Program-made: the position numbers and the translations under genes
The notes under the pieces: generated by a model
Databases searched by the model: none
What the model saw: the letters and a program-made list of their open reading frames with translations, nothing else
What the model was told of the DNA's origin: nothing
Part shown: positions 57,986 to 64,000 of the stretch, piece after piece
Layout: the number at the start of each line of letters is the position of its first letter
How positions within the stretch are numbered: position 1 is the stretch's first letter
Assembly (NCBI GenBank): GCA_002412495.1
Contig: DHVE01000021.1
Coordinates: 14,126 to 78,125 of the forward strand
DNA length: 64,000 bases
Direction: 5' to 3'
Origin: Betaproteobacteria bacterium UBA5216
Lineage (GTDB): Bacteria > Pseudomonadota > Gammaproteobacteria > Burkholderiales > SG8-41

Positions 57986-59535
57986 TGGATACCGCAAGCA
58001 GGCATCTCTATTCGCATAAAATCAAGGCGGCATCGCAGATCGCCGACGCCATTGGACCGCGACCGCGCAAGAAAAAGGTAATCATGTGTCACGGTACTTT
58101 CGACGTGGTGCATCCTGGGCACGTTCGGCACCTGCTGTACGCTAAAACCAAGGCCGATATCCTGATCGCCAGCCTAACCGCCGACGAGCATATTAAGAAG
58201 GGTAACATGCGACCCTATGTTCCCGAAGATCTTCGTGCTGTGAATCTTGCCGCGTTGGAGATGGTGGATTACGTGGTTATCGACCGTGATCCCACTCCGC
58301 TCACTAACCTCTCTGTTATCAAACCAGACTTCTTTGCCAAAGGTTACGAGTACACCGCAGGCACAGTGCATCCGAAGACCCAGGAAGAAATCGACGTTCT
58401 TGAAAGCTACGGCGGCGAGATGATATTTACGCCGGGTGACATCGTATACTCGTCATCCGCACTGATTGAATTGGCGCCGCCTTCAATCGCTGTCGAAAAG
58501 TTGATGACGCTGATGGAAGCGGAGAATGTGACCTTCAAGGGACTTCGCGACGCCGTAGCCGCGTTGAAAGGTATACACGCGCATGTTGTCGGCGACACGA
58601 TTGTTGATAGTTATACCTACTGCAGCATGATAGGCGGCATGACCAAAACGCCCACCATGAGCGTACGATACGAAAAAAAGGTCGATTATGTTGGCGGGGC
58701 CGGCATTGTCGCAAAGCACTTGCGCGCAGCCGGGGCGGAAGTGACCTTTTCCACCGTGTTAGGCAATGATGACTACAGGCGCTTTGTGCTCGATGATCTC
58801 AGCACGTTCGGTGTGCACTGCCTACCAATCATCGACGAAACCCGTCCGACCACCAACAAGAACGCAATCGTGGCCGAGGGGTACCGGTTACTCAAGATCG
58901 ATACGCTGGATAATCGCTCTATATCCGACAAGATCGTGGAGCAGTTAAAGCGTCAGATTGCCGATACGAAGACGCAAGCGGTTGCGTTTTGCGACTTTCG
59001 GCACGGGTTGTTTAATCGGGTAACCATTCCGCCGCTCACGGCATCGATACCACAAGGCGCTTTCCGGGTGGCCGACAGTCAGGTTGCAAGCCGCTGGGGC
59101 AATATACTGGAGTTTCAGGGTTTCGATCTTATTACACCGAACGAACGTGAAGCGCGCTTCGCGCTTGGCGACCAAGACTCCGTGGTGCGCCCATTGGCGC
59201 TTGAACTGCATAAGCGCTCGAACTGCGGCACGCTAATTCTCAAATGCGGCGACCGCGGAATCATTACCTATCGAACCAATTCGCCTACGGATTTTCGCGC
59301 GTTTTTCAATATTGAAACGTTTGCTGACAAGGTAGTAGATGCGGTCGGTGCGGGAGACGCGCTGTTGGCTTATGCGACACTTGCGATGGTGGCGACTGGG
59401 AATGATGTGATTGCTTCGATACTAGGGAACATGGCGGCAGGCATCGAGTGCGAGCATGATGGCAATTGGCCGGTTACCCCTGATCTGGTGTTGAAAAAAA
59501 TAGATGCCGTCGAGAAGCTCGCGCTTTACCAGTAA
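57985..59535 (+). CDS. Bifunctional nucleotidyltransferase (N-term) / PfkB sugar kinase (C-term), reversed HldE-like
   Basis: GTFDVVHPGH, KG.EY; GD..VD.Y, GGAG.V, TPNE.E, DAVGAGD. Confidence 0.88.
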   Translation: MDTASRHLYSHKIKAASQIADAIGPRPRKKKVIMCHGTFDVVHPGHVRHLLYAKTKADILIASLTADEHIKKGNMRPYVPEDLRAVNLAALEMVDYVVIDRDPTPLTNLSVIKPDFFAKGYEYTAGTVHPKTQEEIDVLESYGGEMIFTPGDIVYSSSALIELAPPSIAVEKLMTLMEAENVTFKGLRDAVAALKGIHAHVVGDTIVDSYTYCSMIGGMTKTPTMSVRYEKKVDYVGGAGIVAKHLRAAGAEVTFSTVLGNDDYRRFVLDDLSTFGVHCLPIIDETRPTTNKNAIVAEGYRLLKIDTLDNRSISDKIVEQLKRQIADTKTQAVAFCDFRHGLFNRVTIPPLTASIPQGAFRVADSQVASRWGNILEFQGFDLITPNEREARFALGDQDSVVRPLALELHKRSNCGTLILKCGDRGIITYRTNSPTDFRAFFNIETFADKVVDAVGAGDALLAYATLAMVATGNDVIASILGNMAAGIECEHDGNWPVTPDLVLKKIDAVEKLALYQ

Positions 59536-59571
59536 GCCGGTGCTGAAGCCAGAGAAGTGAGGTAATTGCCA

Positions 59572-60510
59572 ATGCGAGTTGTAATAGCCGGCTTGGGCGT
59601 GCAGGGGCAAAAGCGTAAAGCAGTTGCCGGGAAAGAAGTCGTCGCAACGGTGGATCCGGTTCACCCAGAAGCGCAATACAAGCGTATAGAAGATGTGCCC
59701 GTAGATGCATACGATGCCGCGTTGCTGTGCATTCCCGATGAGCCAAAAATCGCGGTCATTGAATACCTGCTGGCACGGCGTAAACATCTACTTGTCGAGA
59801 AGCCGCTGTTCGCTGGTAATCCGCCGGACCTACTGCGCCTCAAGGCGCTCGCAGAAAAGAACCGCATCGTCTGTTATACCGCTTACAACCATCGTTTTGA
59901 GCCACATTTTGTGCGCATGAAGCAGCTGATCGAGTCGGGGCGGCTAGGGAAAATCTACAACGTGCGAATGTTCTACGGCAATGGCACGGCGCGCTTGGTG
60001 CGTGATTCGGCCTGGCGTGACCAGGGCGCGGGCGTGCTGCCTGACTTGGGATCGCACTTACTTGATACCGCCCTTTTCTGGCTGGGCAAGCCGGCAGACG
60101 GATTCCGTATCCAGTCTGCCAACTGCTTCGAGAATCGGGCCTACGATCACGTTGCTTTTGGCGCGAATGCCGATCCGGTACTGCAATTCGAAGTCACTCT
60201 GCTGTCGTGGCGCAACCACTTCTACGCCGATGTTTTCGCGGAAAAAGGTAGTGCGCATATCAGTTCGCTATGCAAATGGGGGCCCAGCACGTTTAGCGTG
60301 CGAGACCGGAAATTACCCAGCGGACGGCCAGACGAAGAATCCATAACGCTGGTGCAGCCCGATCCGACTTGGGCGGTCGAATACGAACACTTTCGAAAAT
60401 TGTGTGAAACAGGTGCTAGCAACATCGACAACGATATCTGGATTAACCAAACCCTGCGCGGTCTCGGTCATGATCTGGCGCAAGGTGCAGCGGCGCGGCG
60501 GCAGTGCTGA
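59572..60510 (+). CDS. Gfo/Idh/MocA oxidoreductase
   Basis: GLGVQG, LVEKP, YNHRF, G.L.DLGSH. Confidence 0.9.
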   Translation: MRVVIAGLGVQGQKRKAVAGKEVVATVDPVHPEAQYKRIEDVPVDAYDAALLCIPDEPKIAVIEYLLARRKHLLVEKPLFAGNPPDLLRLKALAEKNRIVCYTAYNHRFEPHFVRMKQLIESGRLGKIYNVRMFYGNGTARLVRDSAWRDQGAGVLPDLGSHLLDTALFWLGKPADGFRIQSANCFENRAYDHVAFGANADPVLQFEVTLLSWRNHFYADVFAEKGSAHISSLCKWGPSTFSVRDRKLPSGRPDEESITLVQPDPTWAVEYEHFRKLCETGASNIDNDIWINQTLRGLGHDLAQGAAARRQC

Positions 60511-61394
60511 GTCACCTGAACACGCCAGCAGTGTTGCCACAGAAGGTTGTGGTGTTGGGCGGCGGTGGCTTCATCGGGGGCGCTATTCTGCGTCGGTTAC
60601 GGTCGGATGGCATCAATGCTATAGGTTTGGGCCGGCCATTATTCGATTTGTTTGCTCCGAGCGCGCCCGAGCTGCTCGCGGACACGCTCCATCCGCAAGA
60701 CACACTTATATTTGCCTCGGCCAAGGCTCCCTGCAAGAATTTGCAGATGTTGAACGAGAACATCCGGATGGCGGAGGTCGTGTGCGCCGCGATTAGACAA
60801 AAGCCCGTTGCGCATTTGATTTATATCAGTTCCGACGCTGTTTACAAAGATTCACCCGATCCACTAACAGAAGCTTCGTGCGCGGAACCGGGCGCTTTGC
60901 ACGGCGTGATGCACCTTGCGCGCGAAGTTGCATTCCGGCAGGAATATGCTGGGCCTTTGGCGATAGTCCGTCCCACCTTGGTTTATGGCTTCGACGATCC
61001 ACACAACGGCTATGGCCCCAACCGCTTCCGCCGTCTGGCGGCGGCTGGTAAGGACATCGTGCTGTTTGGCGAGGGCGAGGAGCGCCGAGATCACGTTGAT
61101 GTCGATGACGTTGCTGAGCTCGTGAGATTAATCGTCACCCGACGTAGCGTTGGCATTGCTAACGCAGTGTCGGGCGAAGTTGCATCATTCCGTGAATTGG
61201 CGGAGTTTGTCGTATCGGCATTTTCCCCCGCTGTGCAGATTATAAGCTCACCGCGTATCGGCCCAATGCCGCACGGTGGGTACCGCCCGTTTGACAATTC
61301 ATCTGTAATCAAGGCGTTTCCCGGTTTTCGTTTCAAAGGCTGGCGCGAAGGTCTTGCTGCGATACATGCGAGGCAGCTACAGGAGCTCCGCTAA
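60504..61394 (+). CDS. Atypical NAD-dependent epimerase-like SDR
   Basis: GGGGFIG, SSDAVY, RPTLVYG; HGVMH in place of YxxxK. Confidence 0.8.
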   Translation: MLSHLNTPAVLPQKVVVLGGGGFIGGAILRRLRSDGINAIGLGRPLFDLFAPSAPELLADTLHPQDTLIFASAKAPCKNLQMLNENIRMAEVVCAAIRQKPVAHLIYISSDAVYKDSPDPLTEASCAEPGALHGVMHLAREVAFRQEYAGPLAIVRPTLVYGFDDPHNGYGPNRFRRLAAAGKDIVLFGEGEERRDHVDVDDVAELVRLIVTRRSVGIANAVSGEVASFRELAEFVVSAFSPAVQIISSPRIGPMPHGGYRPFDNSSVIKAFPGFRFKGWREGLAAIHARQLQELR

Positions 61395-62677
61395 TGACGT
61401 CAAGCATTAAACAACCGATAATTGGATTCGCTGGTATGACGCACCTCGGCTTGGTTTCAGGGGTGTGCGCTTCTGAAAAAGGGTTCATGGTGGTTTGTTT
61501 TGATCCCGATCCCAGCCGTATTGCCAACTTGCGTGATGGGAAATTGCCCGTCTCCGAACCGCAGCTCGACGAATTAGTCGCAAGAAATGCCGCGCGCTTG
61601 CGTTTCACTGCTGATGTAGCCGATCTGAAGGCATGCGACATTATTTACGTGGCACCGGATGTAGCTACAGATGACCTTGGGCAAAGTGACCTCCGTGCCA
61701 TTAACCTGCTACTCAATAGCGTTCTCGATTCAGCACGCGCCGACGCAGCTGTGGTTATCCTTTCCCAAGTGCCACCGGGATTTACCCGCGGAAAGCAACG
61801 CGAGGGGCGGATTCTCTACTACCAAGTCGAGACGCTGATTTTTGGGCGTGCCGTTGAAAGGGCACTGTTTCCGGAACGCTATATTATCGGCTGCGCCGAC
61901 CCTACCCAGCCCTTGCCATTAGCCTATGGCGCCTTTCTCAAAGCGCATGGCTGTCCTATACTGCCGATGCGCTATGAAAGCGCGGAACTCGCCAAGATTT
62001 CTATTAATATGTGTCTGGTGGCGTCCGTTTCCACGGCCAACACACTAGCCGAGTTGTGCGAGAAGATTGGCGCCGATTGGTCCGAGATCGTGCCGGCACT
62101 CAAGCTGGATAAACGCATAGGCCAATATTCATATCTTGCCCCGGGCTTGGGCATCGCAGGTGGCAACCTTGAGCGCGACCTAGCCACGGTCTGCAACTTT
62201 GCTGACGAGTATGGCACCGACGCCGGTGTCGTGCGCGCGTGGATAGCCAACAGCCGCCACCGTCGCGATTGGGCGCTACGCACACTACATCAAAATTTAC
62301 TGTCGAAAATTAATGATCCAGTGATCGCAGTGCTCGGATTGGCATACAAACAGGATACGCATTCGACCAAGAACTCCCCTGCGATAGCATTGCTTTCAAG
62401 CCTTTTGCCGTTCCAGGTTCGCTTGTTCGACCCGGTTGTGCCGGCGACCGCCGTGCCCAATCCGCGCCGGCACTCTGCGGCAAATGAGCTGGATGCCTGC
62501 GATGGGGCAGATGCGCTGGTGGTGATGACGCCGTGGGGGCAATTCCGTTCGCTCGACCCGGCGAAGATCGCTTCCTGTATGCGCGGCAAGATGGTTCTTG
62601 ACCCTTACGCAGTCCTCGACCGAGCTGCCTGTCGCAATGCCGGCCTCGAGTACCATACGCTCGGAACTGCCGCATGA
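61394..62677 (+). CDS. UDP-glucose/GDP-mannose dehydrogenase-family protein (atypical)
   Basis: P..EP.L.EL, SAELAK...N, D.RIG...L.PG.G, LGLAYK..T....SP. Confidence 0.85.
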   Translation: MTSSIKQPIIGFAGMTHLGLVSGVCASEKGFMVVCFDPDPSRIANLRDGKLPVSEPQLDELVARNAARLRFTADVADLKACDIIYVAPDVATDDLGQSDLRAINLLLNSVLDSARADAAVVILSQVPPGFTRGKQREGRILYYQVETLIFGRAVERALFPERYIIGCADPTQPLPLAYGAFLKAHGCPILPMRYESAELAKISINMCLVASVSTANTLAELCEKIGADWSEIVPALKLDKRIGQYSYLAPGLGIAGGNLERDLATVCNFADEYGTDAGVVRAWIANSRHRRDWALRTLHQNLLSKINDPVIAVLGLAYKQDTHSTKNSPAIALLSSLLPFQVRLFDPVVPATAVPNPRRHSAANELDACDGADALVVMTPWGQFRSLDPAKIASCMRGKMVLDPYAVLDRAACRNAGLEYHTLGTAA

Positions 62678-63555
62678 TTTCTCATCGCTGCGCTGTCCTT
62701 CACAACCCGGAACGGGTGGTATTGCTTGGTGGCAGCGGATTTATTGGTCGGGCAATCCAAGCGAGGCTGCAGGCGGATGGCATCCCCATGCTGTCGCTTA
62801 CTTCGAGTGAAGTGGATCTCACTTTGCCAATAGCCGCCGAGCAATTATCCAAATTGCTGAAGTCGTCCGATGCCGTTGTGATGCTTTCCGCGCTCACGCC
62901 CGACAAGGGGCGTGACATCGCGACGCTGATGAAAAACATCGCGATGATGCAACACCTTTGCAGCGCATTGGGGCAGACTGGATGCTCACATCTGGTCTAT
63001 TTTAGTTCGGATGCTGTTTACGACACGGCAATTGCGCGAGTTACGGAAAGCACACCGGCCTCTCCACAAGATCTCTACGGCGCGATGCATCGCACGCGCG
63101 AGATCATGGCGGCCGGTATCAGGGCGCCTCTATTGATCCTGCGACCGACCCTCGTGTATGGCGTGCATGACACGCACAATGCTTACGGGCCAAACCGTTT
63201 TCGGCGCATGGCGCAAAAGGAAGGCAAGATCACTCTCTTCGGACGGGGCGAGGAAATGCGCGATCATGTACATGTGGAGGATATTGCGACGCTTACCGTT
63301 CGCTGCCTGCAGCAACAGTCCACCGGCGTGCTTAACATGGCTACGGGAGTGTCGAACTCATTTCACGACGTGGCGGGCCTTGTCGCTCGGCAGTTCGGCA
63401 AGCGGGTAGAAGTTGTTGAAACATCGCGTGCAAATCCGATTACGCATCGCCACTATGATGTGACCAATCTTATCAAGGTTTTCCCGGACTTTCGCTTTAT
63501 AGCACTGCAAGACGGGATAGCCCGTTGCCACAATGAAACCACGGGAGTCGCCTGA
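62674..63555 (+). CDS. Atypical NAD-dependent epimerase-like SDR, paralog of 60504-61394
   Basis: GGSGFIG, SSDAVY, YGAMH, YGPNRFRR. Confidence 0.8.
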   Translation: MISHRCAVLHNPERVVLLGGSGFIGRAIQARLQADGIPMLSLTSSEVDLTLPIAAEQLSKLLKSSDAVVMLSALTPDKGRDIATLMKNIAMMQHLCSALGQTGCSHLVYFSSDAVYDTAIARVTESTPASPQDLYGAMHRTREIMAAGIRAPLLILRPTLVYGVHDTHNAYGPNRFRRMAQKEGKITLFGRGEEMRDHVHVEDIATLTVRCLQQQSTGVLNMATGVSNSFHDVAGLVARQFGKRVEVVETSRANPITHRHYDVTNLIKVFPDFRFIALQDGIARCHNETTGVA

Positions 63556-64000
63556 TGGCCGAAATCAACCTGCTCGCCCGGTATCCGAAATCGAAGCGCA
63601 ATGTAAAGGCGCGCCTTGGCAATAAGGAAGAGAACCGTGCGCTCGCGATGAAGTTTGGGAAGGAATACTTCGACGGCACACGTGAGCAGGGTTACGGTGG
63701 TTTTCGCTATGACGGCCGGTGGGTGCCGATAGCCGAAGACATTGTGCGCCATTTCGATCTCAAGGCGGGCGATCGCGTGCTCGACATCGGCTGCGCCAAA
63801 GGATTCCTGGTAAAAGATCTGATGAGAGTCTGCCCAGGGGTAGAAGTGTTCGGCATAGATATTTCCGAATACGCAGTGATGAACTGCGAGCCCGAGGTGG
63901 TGGGAAGGTTGCATGTTGGTGACGCTAGGCATTTGCCGTTTCCAGATGGGAGTTTCAAGGCGGCACTGTCGATCAATACCATCCATAATTTTGATCGTGC
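63555..64000 (+). CDS. Class I SAM-dependent methyltransferase (3' end outside window)
   Basis: TGATG coupling; MAEINLLARYPKSKRN...YFDG...GYGG..YDGRW...VLDIGCAKGF...LPFPD. Confidence 0.88.
   Translation, partial: MAEINLLARYPKSKRNVKARLGNKEENRALAMKFGKEYFDGTREQGYGGFRYDGRWVPIAEDIVRHFDLKAGDRVLDIGCAKGFLVKDLMRVCPGVEVFGIDISEYAVMNCEPEVVGRLHVGDARHLPFPDGSFKAALSINTIHNFDR

Noticed and set aside
1-64000. CRISPR array, tRNA/rRNA, prophage, integrase or IS transposase
   Set aside because: No regularly spaced repeats or hallmark genes detected by eye

Overview
GC-rich betaproteobacterial (Burkholderiales-like, inferred from gene content) chromosomal window in three blocks. (1) 1-27.3 kb is a catabolic/accessory region. 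It holds five orphan TctC/Bug solute-binding proteins, a CaiB CoA-transferase, a SNF2 ATPase + SWIM gene pair, a complete-looking coenzyme F420 cluster (fbiC-npdG-cofE-cofD-cofC) flanked by three luciferase-like oxidoreductases, a dienelactone hydrolase, an opine dehydrogenase-like gene, a ThDP enzyme, a Phd/RelE toxin-antitoxin pair, two amidohydrolases and several families of REP-like palindromes. (2) 27.3-33.1 kb is core genome: EVE, 6S RNA, zapA, zapB-like, cobalamin riboswitch-btuB and msbA. (3) 33.1-64 kb is an envelope glycan locus. It includes a GtrB/GtrA/FdtACB/ArnT-type periplasmic amino-sugar transfer module, two tandem MBOAT+SGNH acylation modules with a near-identical internal patch, LPS core/ligase/initiation genes, and a lower-GC heptose-type sugar pathway with several catalytically atypical enzymes. 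No rRNA, tRNA, CRISPR array, integrase or transposase was seen. All calls come from reading motifs by eye; no database search was run.
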